Shown piece by piece: positions 1 through 9,546 of a stretch of 64,000 nt of DNA; the first letter of the stretch is position 1; each line of letters begins with the position of its first letter. A program made the position numbers and the translations under genes. The stretch lies in contig JACQLA010000003.1 of assembly GCA_016204255.1 (NCBI GenBank), positions 106,255-170,254 on the forward strand, read 5' to 3'. The notes beneath the pieces were generated by a model. The model searched no databases. It had not been told where the DNA came from and saw only the letters and a list, made by a program, of their open reading frames with translations. The DNA is from Candidatus Microgenomates bacterium (GTDB lineage Bacteria > Patescibacteriota > Microgenomatia > JACQLA01).

Positions 1-1833
1 TTTTTCCGGATCCGCTGAAACTAAGGGAATATTCTCTGAAAGACTTTCCTGCTGAATTTCTAATTTTTGCTCTTGCAGACGCGGTAACATCTCTGAAATC
101 ACTTCACTAAATATGGTTTTTAAATCTACCGGCTTCATTTCGATGTTCAACCTCCCGGATTCAATCCTTGAAACATTAAGTAAATCATTAACTAAAGCGA
201 TTAATCGATCGGTAGAAGAGTAGGCCCGGTCTAAATGCAGTTTTTGTTTCTCGGTTAAAGAACCATCTTTGCCTTCAAGAAGCAGCCAAAGATAAGATTT
301 AATAATTGTCATGGGGGTTCTCAGCTCATGTGAAGCCACGGAAACAAATTCGCTTTTTAAGCGATCAAGTTGTTTGAGTCTTTCGTTGGCAACTTTAAGG
401 CTGGCGGTGGCCTGGCTAACCTCTTTTTCCAAAGTGATATTAAATCTTTTTATTTCTCCGTAAGAAAGCGCGTTTCTTACGGCGACAGCGGCATCTGAGG
501 CAAAAATTTTTAAAACATTTATATCTTCTTTAGAATAGATATCACCCGAAGACTTTTCTCCCAGCAAAATTGCCCCGATCGGTTTTTGTTCAATGATCAG
601 CGGTAAAACAACGCTGAAATTATTTTCGCGCATCGTTTGTTTAGATTCGGACTCCGGCATTTCTTCGAAAATTAATAAATTTTCATCGTTGTGTGCATCA
701 ACCGAGGCATTAATAAGTTTATTTATTTTCATTGGATCGAAATCTTGTTTTTGGCCGGTATCGGCCGTTTTGATCCAGGTAATTGTCGAGTCCTGAATCA
801 GCGAAAAATAACTCCGCGAGACTTTCATTTGAGAAAGCAATTCGCTTAAAAGACGATCGGCCAATTCGGAAAGATTAAGAGTGGAGTTCATTATCCGACC
901 GAGACGGTTTAAAAGTTCGGCAGAATTGTAGTGACCCCTATAGAAAATATTATCCGTGAATTTTTCAAAAACTCCCAGCAAGGGCTGAAACGAAAAAACT
1001 AGAATTAAAGCAAAAAGAGCAGCAATTATAAGCTGGGCACTATTGTATGTCACAAGAGAGGAACGAACGCTGATCGTGAAAAACGCTGCAGTGTAAAAGA
1101 TGGCAAAGATTAAAAGTAAAAGTGTGTATGCCACGGCTCTTGCCGCAACTAAGTGAATATCCAGCCAGCGATGACGGATAATGGCGTAGGTTATAAAACC
1201 AAACCAGATTGTTGTTAGCACCTGCCCGACCCAGTTCAAACCAAAATATCCGAATGTCGGCAAGGTTAGATTGGTAAACATCGCCAAAAGAGAAATAAGA
1301 AAAGTGCCGCCGAGAACGTATTGGATCTGTGTTCGCAGTAACGGATCAATGTCATGCTGAAAATATTTGTAAAAAAAGACTGCGTAAAAAGCGCCGAAAA
1401 GACCGGCAATATGAAGAACGTAAAATGGATAAGCCCAACCAAAAGCAATAATTTTCTCCTGATTCGGAGAAGATTTAATTCCTTCGATAACCGCCCCGGG
1501 ATAAAGGGAAAGAATGGCGGCTAAAAAGGTTGAAACTAAAATGCCGACAACCAACCGCTTATTTACCTTTTTTTGAACAAAATAAATTCCGAATAAAAGA
1601 AATGATGGTGCAGTAAAACTGGCGGAAAAGTATAAAACACGCGCCCCCAGCTCCGTAGAATCGCTACCGGCCAATCGGTAAAAAAGCATCGAGGCGCACC
1701 AAAATGCGACAGCGCAGGTGGCTATTTCAAAAAACCAGTTGGCAGTATTTTTTTGCAAGCGAAAATGTATAAATAATGCCAAAAGGAGGTTGGCCACAAA
1801 CGAGGTAAAAACAAGGGTATTGATTGGGTCCAT
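1..1833 (-). CDS. Sensor histidine kinase, partial (polytopic N-terminal membrane region, GAF-like middle, HisKA H-box; ATPase domain lies beyond the left edge)
   Basis: Minus-strand frame from ATG (1833-1831) is open to position 1 (611 codons translated by hand, no stop). About 8 hydrophobic helices in the first ~270 aa, then H-box FVSVASHELRTPMTIIKSY (His codon 330-328). Missing from the ORF track only because it runs off the window. Confidence 0.8.
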   Translation of the reverse strand, partial: MDPINTLVFTSFVANLLLALFIHFRLQKNTANWFFEIATCAVAFWCASMLFYRLAGSDSTELGARVLYFSASFTAPSFLLFGIYFVQKKVNKRLVVGILVSTFLAAILSLYPGAVIEGIKSSPNQEKIIAFGWAYPFYVLHIAGLFGAFYAVFFYKYFQHDIDPLLRTQIQYVLGGTFLISLLAMFTNLTLPTFGYFGLNWVGQVLTTIWFGFITYAIIRHRWLDIHLVAARAVAYTLLLLIFAIFYTAAFFTISVRSSLVTYNSAQLIIAALFALILVFSFQPLLGVFEKFTDNIFYRGHYNSAELLNRLGRIMNSTLNLSELADRLLSELLSQMKVSRSYFSLIQDSTITWIKTADTGQKQDFDPMKINKLINASVDAHNDENLLIFEEMPESESKQTMRENNFSVVLPLIIEQKPIGAILLGEKSSGDIYSKEDINVLKIFASDAAVAVRNALSYGEIKRFNITLEKEVSQATASLKVANERLKQLDRLKSEFVSVASHELRTPMTIIKSYLWLLLEGKDGSLTEKQKLHLDRAYSSTDRLIALVNDLLNVSRIESGRLNIEMKPVDLKTIFSEVISEMLPRLQEQKLEIQQESLSENIPLVSADPEK

Positions 1834-1847
1834 GGGCAGTATAATTT

Positions 1848-2984
1848 TTATCTAACTGCTCTTATCTTATCAAATTGCTGCTTAGTTATATACTCTCCGA
1901 AAGCCTGCAACGGCGCCGGTCTAAAACCTACCTCCTGAGATAATCTCCTCATCCACTCCACGTTCTCCGGCCGAACCGGCCCAATGGTTCTAAGATCGTA
2001 TTTTCGGGTGGCAATAAGTGCCAGCATTTCAGCGACGCAAGCCCAATCGTCAGCAGTAGGTAGGCCGTAATCAAAAGGCCGCGCCATCCCTGTTCTAGCG
2101 ATGGGATGTACTATCAAAGCTTGTGCGCTTTCGGCTTCCTCTCTTGAGATGTTGGGTGGCTGTGAATCGTCGATAATAACGGCACCTTTTGATAATTGAT
2201 CTCGAAAGATAATAGGTTTGGGTGCAGTTGTTGCACAAATGATAAAATCTGCTTCTTTCAAGGCCGTTAAATCGGACGTAACCTGAATATTTCCTTGTTT
2301 TGAATACTTGTTTGATCTTCCTATTTTTTGTGGCCGGTCGATTAAGATCATTCTCTTATTATCATCTTTAAACAATTGAGCGCATGTTGAACCGATTGAG
2401 CCAGCCGCACCCACGACGGCTAATGTGGACTGCCTCAAGTCAATATCTAAGATACTGGCCACTTCAGTTCTAATCTCACTGATCAAATTTACCGTGTTTC
2501 CATGACCGGAAGTTGCATACATACCCGGAACTTCTCTTTCGATATCTTGGCCATAGCGAGTCAGCATTGCGGTGAATTCTCCTAGTCCGATGAGCTCAAC
2601 GCCATATTCTTCTTTGGCAATTCTAGCCGTTTTAATAATCTGTCTTTGGGCAAAATGTGGGTCTGCCAAAGCATGTTCAGGAAGAAACGGTGCGCAGAAA
2701 AGAAAACACGGTAAATCTTCACCTTGCTGATTTTTAAGGCCCGTGTAATTACATATAACAAAAGGGTCAAGTTCCTCAAATTCCCTACAACCCTTTACCG
2801 GATCAACAGTAACCAAGCCCGGAAACTGCAACAAAATATCATTCCAACCCCGAGGATGAATTATAAAACCGCCTAGACCTTTTTTGGCCAGTAAATTTCT
2901 TCGGCTTCGCTCGCAAACCTCACGCATGTAAGCGGGAATATCTTTATCGGCCAAAGACGCAGGCAATGTTTCCTTCACGACCAT
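1848..2984 (-). CDS. NAD(P)-binding oxidoreductase of the acyl-ACP reductase (AAR)-like family
   Basis: 378-aa ORF. From-memory alignment to cyanobacterial AAR: LIGLGEFTAM~ISALGGFTSI, Rossmann motif TLAVVGAAGSIGS~TVAVVGATGDIGS, EADFIICAT~EADFIVWVA, catalytic-Cys context DDWACVAEMLAL~QMFACFAEAMLL, C-terminal EVGFRP~RHGFQP. Confidence 0.6.
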   Translation of the reverse strand: MVVKETLPASLADKDIPAYMREVCERSRRNLLAKKGLGGFIIHPRGWNDILLQFPGLVTVDPVKGCREFEELDPFVICNYTGLKNQQGEDLPCFLFCAPFLPEHALADPHFAQRQIIKTARIAKEEYGVELIGLGEFTAMLTRYGQDIEREVPGMYATSGHGNTVNLISEIRTEVASILDIDLRQSTLAVVGAAGSIGSTCAQLFKDDNKRMILIDRPQKIGRSNKYSKQGNIQVTSDLTALKEADFIICATTAPKPIIFRDQLSKGAVIIDDSQPPNISREEAESAQALIVHPIARTGMARPFDYGLPTADDWACVAEMLALIATRKYDLRTIGPVRPENVEWMRRLSQEVGFRPAPLQAFGEYITKQQFDKIRAVR

Positions 2985-3120
2985 AAACCGCTAGATTATC
3001 ATAATTATAGGATATTTTCAAGGATTAGTTTTATTTTAATAGTTTACAATATAGAGCGTGAATATACTATGAGAGCACTTGACCCTTGTACCCCCCGATC
3101 ATTTATTTTAGAATTAACCA

Positions 3121-4308
3121 ATGCCGGATGAAGCTTATCAAAAAGCACCTACACCTTCCGATGAAGCCGAACGCTTAGCCTCCCTTTATGAGCTAAAAAT
3201 TCTCAACACTCCTCCGGAGGAACGCTTTGATCAAATCACTAAAATTGCCACCCATTTGTTTAACGTCCCCATCTCCACATTAACATTGGTTGACTCGGAA
3301 CGGGAATGGTTTAAATCGTGCCAGGGTTTATCAAGTAGCGAAGGCGCACGGGCGATTTCTTTTTGCGGACACACGATTCTTACTGACGAGATATTCATCA
3401 TCCCCGATGCCCTGAAAGACCCGCGATTTGCCGGAAATCCGATGGTTGTGGGCGAACCATATATTAGGTTTTATGCCGGCGCGCCCCTACACGCGGCAGA
3501 CGGTAAAAGAGTCGGAGCATTTTGCATCAAAGATCGTAAACCCCGTAAAATGTCCCCTACTGAAATAGACTTATTAAAATCACTTTCCGCTTGGGCAGAA
3601 CTTGAGTTAAATTCGCAGGAACTCAGCCTAGCCCTGGAATCGCGTAAAAAGGCGGAGACTAAAGTAATTGAACTCAATGCAGCCCTACGTCTTCTTAATA
3701 AGATTTTAAGACATGATGTTTTAAATGACCTAACCGTAGTAAAAGGGTTTATCGAACTCTATGTTGAAGGCAAGGGCGGGATGGAAAAGATACAGGCCGC
3801 AATTAACGCCGTTGAACGGGGCATTAGACTGATTGAGCAAGTTAAAGCCCTTGAAAGTGCGATTTCAACCGGTAAACCCCTACAAGTTTATGAATTAGAT
3901 ACAATTTTAAAACGCATTATCAATCTATTTCCCGCCATTCAATTTCACATCGACGGTAACGGTCAGGTTTTAGCCGATGAAGCATTGGATTCGGTAATTG
4001 AAAACATCGTTTTCAATGCCCAAATACATGGAAAAACAAAAAAAGTTGATTTTATAATCTCGGAAAAAAATAATTTTATAGAGATCAAAATTGCCGACTA
4101 TGGAATTGGAATTCCCTCAGAAGTTAAGGAGAAATTATTTACGGAAGGGTTTAAATATGGCGAAGCCGGACATACTGGCCTAGGTCTTTACATTGTCAAA
4201 AAAACTTTAGAGCGATATGGAGGAGATATTACAATCGAAGACAATAAACCAAGCGGCACAATATTTATTCTCACATTACGAAAATCTCCTTCCAATGCGC
4301 AAAAATAA
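3121..4308 (+). CDS. Cytoplasmic GAF-domain sensor histidine kinase
   Basis: 395-aa ORF. N-terminal GAF-like region, helical linker, H-box-like ILRHDVLNDL, HATPase N/G boxes (ENIVFNAQIHG, DYGIGIP, GHTGLGLYIVK). No TM segment. Confidence 0.8.
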   Translation: MPDEAYQKAPTPSDEAERLASLYELKILNTPPEERFDQITKIATHLFNVPISTLTLVDSEREWFKSCQGLSSSEGARAISFCGHTILTDEIFIIPDALKDPRFAGNPMVVGEPYIRFYAGAPLHAADGKRVGAFCIKDRKPRKMSPTEIDLLKSLSAWAELELNSQELSLALESRKKAETKVIELNAALRLLNKILRHDVLNDLTVVKGFIELYVEGKGGMEKIQAAINAVERGIRLIEQVKALESAISTGKPLQVYELDTILKRIINLFPAIQFHIDGNGQVLADEALDSVIENIVFNAQIHGKTKKVDFIISEKNNFIEIKIADYGIGIPSEVKEKLFTEGFKYGEAGHTGLGLYIVKKTLERYGGDITIEDNKPSGTIFILTLRKSPSNAQK

Positions 4309-5887
4309 ATTTATACTTTTTTCCCCAAAGTTCTTATCATCAAACCTCGACAACCTTTTAAAACCTAAAACCTTCGCTCTTTTTCTTTTTGTTTTAATTT
4401 TTGCTCTTGGCCTTAAACTTACATATCAAAAAACCGTTTCCTTTGGCTGTTTTGACGATTGCGCCAATTACAGTGTCGGTTATTTCATGACTAAGGGCCG
4501 GGCAATCTACACAGAAATCCCGTTTAACCACCAACCTCTCATGCTTTATTTAAGTTATCTAATTCAGACAATTCTCAAGCCCGTAAGTCTTACCCAGTTG
4601 CTTCTTTTTCACCGTTTCTCTCTTTTTATTTTTTCTTTATTAATGGGGCTTTTGATTCTCTGGAGGTTTCGCTTATCGGGATTTGCCTTCATTTTATTTT
4701 ATGAATTGACAAAATATTATCTTTTCGGTGAACGTTTTTTGGCCGAATCATTTATTGTTTATCCGCTGGTTTATCTTTTTGGACTCATGTGGCATCGGCT
4801 TGGCGGTAAAAATATTTTTCCCATCGATTATTTTTTAGCGGGTATTTTTACCTGGTTTGTTATCTTTTCCGCCACCCCCTATATCCCCCTTGCACTTATT
4901 CTTTACATTCTTTTTTTGGGATGGGGTTTATCGAGAATTAAAATTGTCTCCCTACTTCTTTTTTCCTTATTATCCCTAAGCATCCTTTCAACGATTTCTT
5001 TACCCGATTATTTCTTCAACATTTTTACAATCAACTCTCAAACCGTAGGGAAATCAGAAATTAGCAATAATTTGTTACAAGACTTGGGAATAATAAAAAG
5101 CTTTGGATATCCATTTGTTCTTTTCTTTGGTGGAGTATGGAATGAATTTCGAGTTTTCCTCGTTGTGTTAGATTTTATTTTTTTGATTTTATTAGGGCTT
5201 GTGATGGGCTTTGTGAAAAAACGACTGATTATTGGCGGACTTTTTATTTTAGGGTTGGCAAATATTCGCGTCGTTATCCCCGGGACAATTTTTTATGAAG
5301 GCTTTCATATGATTCAATGGTATGGGATTTTTTTGATGATGATTTTTTTAATGGCTGAGACTATTCGGCCCCAGAAATACCGGAGGTTAGTTATGATCTC
5401 CCTGGTATTTACTCTGGCTTTGCTGATGCTTCCGCCAGGATCATATCTTCGGAAAGGAGTGGATCGACATCAGGAATTTATGGCTGGGTATGGAGGTTAT
5501 TTGGCAACAGGAGAAATTATTAAAATTCTGGCTGAATCACAAGATACATTATTTTTAGATAATAATCGCCACGATATCGTTTATTGGTTGACCAACCTAA
5601 ATTCTCCCTATAAATATTCATGGTATACATGGATGATGCCTGATTTTAAACTTTATAGCGAAGCAAGAAGTGAGATGTTTAAAACCGACCCTCCTGATTT
5701 TTATTATGGTTTTTGCATGCCCGGCCAGAATCCGGCGAAAAATCTGCCAGTCGACTATGCTGAGCTCTATTTTGCCGGCCGCCCAACTTGCTTATATATC
5801 AGGGCGGAAAAAATTCAAAAGATTGCGAAGGAAAAGTGGGAAAAGGCAAGGGGACTGCAGTATAGTATTGATCTTCCAAAACCCTAG
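4295..5887 (+). CDS. Polytopic membrane protein, GT-C (ArnT/PMT-like) glycosyltransferase-like
   Basis: Track frame 4217-5887. I prefer ATG 4295 (MRKNKF...), overlapping the kinase stop by 14 nt. About 12 hydrophobic helices plus a ~130-aa soluble C-terminal tail. Family assignment by overall shape only. Confidence 0.5.
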   Translation: MRKNKFILFSPKFLSSNLDNLLKPKTFALFLFVLIFALGLKLTYQKTVSFGCFDDCANYSVGYFMTKGRAIYTEIPFNHQPLMLYLSYLIQTILKPVSLTQLLLFHRFSLFIFSLLMGLLILWRFRLSGFAFILFYELTKYYLFGERFLAESFIVYPLVYLFGLMWHRLGGKNIFPIDYFLAGIFTWFVIFSATPYIPLALILYILFLGWGLSRIKIVSLLLFSLLSLSILSTISLPDYFFNIFTINSQTVGKSEISNNLLQDLGIIKSFGYPFVLFFGGVWNEFRVFLVVLDFIFLILLGLVMGFVKKRLIIGGLFILGLANIRVVIPGTIFYEGFHMIQWYGIFLMMIFLMAETIRPQKYRRLVMISLVFTLALLMLPPGSYLRKGVDRHQEFMAGYGGYLATGEIIKILAESQDTLFLDNNRHDIVYWLTNLNSPYKYSWYTWMMPDFKLYSEARSEMFKTDPPDFYYGFCMPGQNPAKNLPVDYAELYFAGRPTCLYIRAEKIQKIAKEKWEKARGLQYSIDLPKP

Positions 5888-6015
5888 TGAGTGGGTGCAT
5901 AAATACCGCACCGCAGTCAAACCACCGAGTTTAATTATATTATTCCAAACAACCAACCATAGGCAACGCATGACGAAATTAATAATTAAGAACTCCTACG
6001 AGTCTCCGTAAAAAG

Positions 6016-7923
6016 TCAGTGGTTGCCCACCTCATCGTTCCCTTGTTTTTCTTTCCATTGTTTGAATCTTTCTTGCACATCCTTTTCAGTATCGGGATCA
6101 ACATATTTTGGATTTAACAAAACTCGTACGCCATACGGCATTACCCCTTGATTTATAATTTGTTTCAATTCAGCTGGATTTAACCGTTTTCCTTGAAAGC
6201 CGGTTTCAAGAATTTTGACAACGACATCCATCATCGCTGCACAGTGTTTATAGCGATTAGCGATTGAGGGTGTTAACCCATGAGCTGGCATGAATTCTCC
6301 TTCTTCAAACTTTGCTTTTAAATTTTCAGCATCATTAAAATAATCTAAGAAAGTTCTCATGATGGGATCTTTTAAGTATTCTTGTTGAACTCCAAATCTT
6401 ACACCAGTTTCATCAATTTTTCTCCTACGATCTCTGTCATTTCTATTCGGAGTTCCGGCGGAATAACGCTCATAGTTTTCCCGACCATAAGCATAATAAT
6501 ATTTATGGAACACACCATCAATACCATTTTTTTTCGGATGTGGATTCTGCCACATTCCTTCCACTCTTTTTTCATTTTGAGTAGGAGGTTTCCCTGAGAC
6601 TGATTTCACATCAAGGCCATATGCTCCTAAACCGGCTCCAATTTTTTCTGCTAAATAGCTGGGGTGAGTTTCTGCACCTTGAAATCCATTTTCAATTATT
6701 TCACAGATGCCCCTCATCATCAATTCAGCTGAATAACATCTCTGGGATAAGGAAAGATCAGGAAAAGCATCAAGAATCATTTCATAATTTCCTGTTTGAA
6801 GAGTTTGTAAAACTGTAGAGCTTTGATTACTTAGAACCGATAAATTTCTTTGAAGCTCCCTTGAGTCAATAACAGTTCCGAGAAAGTGCCTAACCATTGG
6901 ATGCTCCCAATTTTTTTCCGGTATCCCAAAAGCTACCGCCTTTAAATCAAGCTGAAAATCTCTTCCAACTTGCTCCCAATGGCATTCTTCCTCTTCATCC
7001 ACTTTAACTTCTGCATTTCTATCAGCTGTTGGCCTTTCAAGGATGGGTGGAACATACGGCTTAACATCAACATGTAGATTATATTTATCAAGCACGTAAT
7101 TTAATCCATAGATTATTTTATCAAGAGAAAAATATCCTCCTACGTGCTCGCAAAGCATTTCATTAGCTGCGCCAAGAATTTCTCTAATATATTCTGACTG
7201 AAAACCGTCTTCCGTCTGACAATATCCCTCTTGTAAGGGCGTATGCAACCCAACTTGATAGGCTCTCCGCATTAAATCGGGCATATTGTTTAAAATGTTT
7301 GCGAAATCTCTCATATATGGCAGATGAGCATAATAAGAGGCTGGTTGAACTCCTTGCCCTTTGGATTTTTTATAGAACATGACATATGATTTTCTATATT
7401 CTTCTTCGGCTTCTTTTGTCCGTTCTTTATAGTCCAACTGATATTGATTAAGCCTCTCGTGGTATTTGGAACTAGGATCATAGTAAGAAGCGTATGGATT
7501 TCTGTCATAATCCGAAGGTAAATCCGCCGTATATAAACCGTATGCCTCAAAAGCCATATCAAGGTTTTCTTTCATAAAATCAGGGTTAATTTCCCTTACG
7601 CCCAATCCTTCTTCTGTCATCGCCATAGCGATCGTAATTAAATGCGCAGCGCGCGCGTATCTATCAGTTAAAGATGGTTTTATCGAAGGTTCTAATTTAT
7701 CTTTAGTTCTCTGTTCAGGCTTAAGACTCTCAGCGAAACCAGCATTTACGCTCGCGTTTCTTAAAACCCCCAGAAAATCATCTAGGGCTACATGAAGACG
7801 TAGATAAGCAACTGTGGTTGGAACTTCTTTAAGCACGGAGGGTATGCCTAAACGTTGGGCTACAGCACTAACTCTTTCAGCTTCACCGGGGAAAAATGGT
7901 ATACTCCCTTGCTCTTTTGCCAT
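6016..7923 (-). CDS. Orphan 635-aa soluble protein with three to four copies of a 46-aa repeat
   Basis: Long ORF with no TM or signal peptide. Gapless repeats at aa 86-131, 393-438 and 554-599 share invariant R3, E19, G21, P29, Y43, G44 (e.g. ...ENGFQGAETHPSYLAEKIGAGLGAYGL / ...ETGFQGKRLNPAELKQIINQGVMPYGV). A degenerate copy lies near aa 243-288. No family recognised. Confidence 0.7.
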   Translation of the reverse strand: MAKEQGSIPFFPGEAERVSAVAQRLGIPSVLKEVPTTVAYLRLHVALDDFLGVLRNASVNAGFAESLKPEQRTKDKLEPSIKPSLTDRYARAAHLITIAMAMTEEGLGVREINPDFMKENLDMAFEAYGLYTADLPSDYDRNPYASYYDPSSKYHERLNQYQLDYKERTKEAEEEYRKSYVMFYKKSKGQGVQPASYYAHLPYMRDFANILNNMPDLMRRAYQVGLHTPLQEGYCQTEDGFQSEYIREILGAANEMLCEHVGGYFSLDKIIYGLNYVLDKYNLHVDVKPYVPPILERPTADRNAEVKVDEEEECHWEQVGRDFQLDLKAVAFGIPEKNWEHPMVRHFLGTVIDSRELQRNLSVLSNQSSTVLQTLQTGNYEMILDAFPDLSLSQRCYSAELMMRGICEIIENGFQGAETHPSYLAEKIGAGLGAYGLDVKSVSGKPPTQNEKRVEGMWQNPHPKKNGIDGVFHKYYYAYGRENYERYSAGTPNRNDRDRRRKIDETGVRFGVQQEYLKDPIMRTFLDYFNDAENLKAKFEEGEFMPAHGLTPSIANRYKHCAAMMDVVVKILETGFQGKRLNPAELKQIINQGVMPYGVRVLLNPKYVDPDTEKDVQERFKQWKEKQGNDEVGNH

Positions 7924-7973
7924 ACCGGGATTATATCAAAAAGAGGGAAGATATACAAACTATAGGTCTTTTG

Positions 7974-8048
7974 GGTGATGTACCGGATTCGAACCGGCAA
8001 CCTTCAGATTCACAGTCTGATGCTCTAACCAGTTGAGCTAACATCACC
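7974..8048 (-). tRNA. tRNA-His (GTG) with encoded G-1
   Basis: Hand-folded cloverleaf: G-1 opposite C73, acceptor GUGAUGU/ACAUCAC, D stem GCUC/GAGC, anticodon arm UCAGA-CUGUGAA-UCUGA, T arm GCCGG-UUCGAAU-CCGGU. Confidence 0.9.
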
Positions 8049-8492
8049 ATATAATTTCAAAACTTTCTTAGCCCATTGTACGATATCTTCAACCCGTGCG
8101 CCAGTAGGTTGCAATTTTGTCCAAAGTTCTAAGTTTTCGATTCTGTTATCATTTCGCGCCCCGTTTTTATGATGAACACTTTCAAAAGGTAGCAAATATC
8201 TACCTAACTTTTGTTCAAGTATAAGGCGGTGCTCAAATACTCTCCCGCTCTTATCAGCAAATGGGTGAGCCCTGTAATAAACATACAAATATCCTCTTTT
8301 ATCTACATGCCTCCTATTAGAGTAGGGATATTGCTTGCTTTGATAATAACATAGTTTACAAACTCTTGATTTCCTCTGTTTTAATCGTCCACACGCGCAA
8401 GGTCGTTTTCCCAATTGCCCCCTGCATTTGGGACATAATCGATGCCGGCTGGATGCTACATATCTCCTTTTACATTTATTGCACTCTTTCAT
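8025..8492 (-). CDS. HNH endonuclease with N-terminal Cys-rich zinc ribbon
   Basis: Track ORF 8025-8564. Likely start is M25 (ATG 8492, MKECNKCKRRY...). Several CxxC pairs, then an HNH_3-type motif SVHHKNGARNDNRIENLELW. The last 8 codons and the TAG stop lie inside the tRNA-His gene. Confidence 0.8.
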   Translation of the reverse strand: MKECNKCKRRYVASSRHRLCPKCRGQLGKRPCACGRLKQRKSRVCKLCYYQSKQYPYSNRRHVDKRGYLYVYYRAHPFADKSGRVFEHRLILEQKLGRYLLPFESVHHKNGARNDNRIENLELWTKLQPTGARVEDIVQWAKKVLKLYGDVSSTG

Positions 8493-8671
8493 AAAAACTA
8501 TGATAACAATTTGTGGAGTTGTTGTCAATTTATTTTTTAAAATAACTATGATATATATCTCCACAAGATATGAATTCCAAAATTCTCTTTCTCAATTCTT
8601 ACAACGCGCTTATGTAAATTTTAATTTCATAAACTATTCTTTTAAAAAGAAAGGAGGATAATATAGGCATT

Positions 8672-8914
8672 TTGGGATGGATAATTTTCGGTTTGGTTGT
8701 CGGCATTTTAGCTAACGTCATTGACCCGCATCCGGCCAGAGGGGGAATCCTTGCGGCGATTGTTTTGGGTATCGCCGGGGCCATAGTTGGAGGCTTTCTG
8801 GGTAGTTTGATTTTGGGAATTGGCATAAGCGGCTTCAATCTCAGCTCTCTTGCGATAGCCCTTCTTGGCTCATTATTTCTTTTGTTTCTTGGCCGCACTA
8901 TCAGCCATACTTAA
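8672..8914 (+). CDS. GlsB/YeaQ/YmgE-family small membrane protein
   Basis: 80 aa, TTG start 14 nt after GGAGG. Gly-rich TM helices (GWIIFGLVVGILANVI...GGILAAIVLGIAGAIVGGFLG) typical of the transglycosylase-associated family. Confidence 0.75.
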   Translation: MGWIIFGLVVGILANVIDPHPARGGILAAIVLGIAGAIVGGFLGSLILGIGISGFNLSSLAIALLGSLFLLFLGRTISHT

Positions 8915-9037
8915 ATCCGACTAACTTCCGGAAGGCCATCGCGTATAGGGGTTAAATGTAGGTTGATTGGCTTTTTTGCGTTTATTGACATCTTATCCTG
9001 AATTTCTTATAGTGAAGTAGGGGCAATCAGAACGAAA

Positions 9038-9310
9038 ATGCGGTATAAAAGTTTATTAGCAATTGTCGCTCTTCTACTTTTGCTAGCCTTTGTTAAACTA
9101 TTAATTTTTCCGAATAAAATTTCGTACTTCGTTAATACCCCAGCAAACACTTGCCGAGTCCCGCCGACTGGTATTTTTTATAGTTGCAAGGGTCGAACGT
9201 ATTTCGAAATGTGTAGCCCATCCTATGGGGACTTTTGTCAGCAATGCGAGTCAAGATGTTTTGGAATGGTTGAAGTAAATGGAGAAGCAATTTCGATCCT
9301 TCCATTTTAG
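9038..9310 (+). CDS. Small secreted Cys-rich protein, hypothetical
   Basis: 90-aa ORF with an N-terminal hydrophobic signal or anchor and 6 Cys. No family recognised. Confidence 0.4.
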   Translation: MRYKSLLAIVALLLLLAFVKLLIFPNKISYFVNTPANTCRVPPTGIFYSCKGRTYFEMCSPSYGDFCQQCESRCFGMVEVNGEAISILPF

Positions 9311-9470
9311 TTATCAATAACCTTTTATTTATCGAAAGTGAATTCCTGGGTTAACTGCCGGATCTGCGGGGATGTTTATTTCGTCTTCGAAAGCAAATAC
9401 TTTTCGATTTTCAGAAAATTTTTCACAAAGCGCGTGCGTAGAATTGTTAGTTAGCTGAAAAAGTCGATTT

Positions 9471-9546
9471 TGGTGCGCCTGGAGGGAATCGAACCCCCAA
9501 CCTACTCCTTAGAAGGGAGTTGCTCTATCCGTTAAGCTACAGGCGC
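9471..9546 (-). tRNA. tRNA-Arg (TCT), CCA encoded
   Basis: Cloverleaf: acceptor GCGCCUG/CAGGCGC, anticodon arm ACUCC-CUUCUAA-GGAGU, T loop UUCGAUU, 3' ACCA. Confidence 0.9.
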
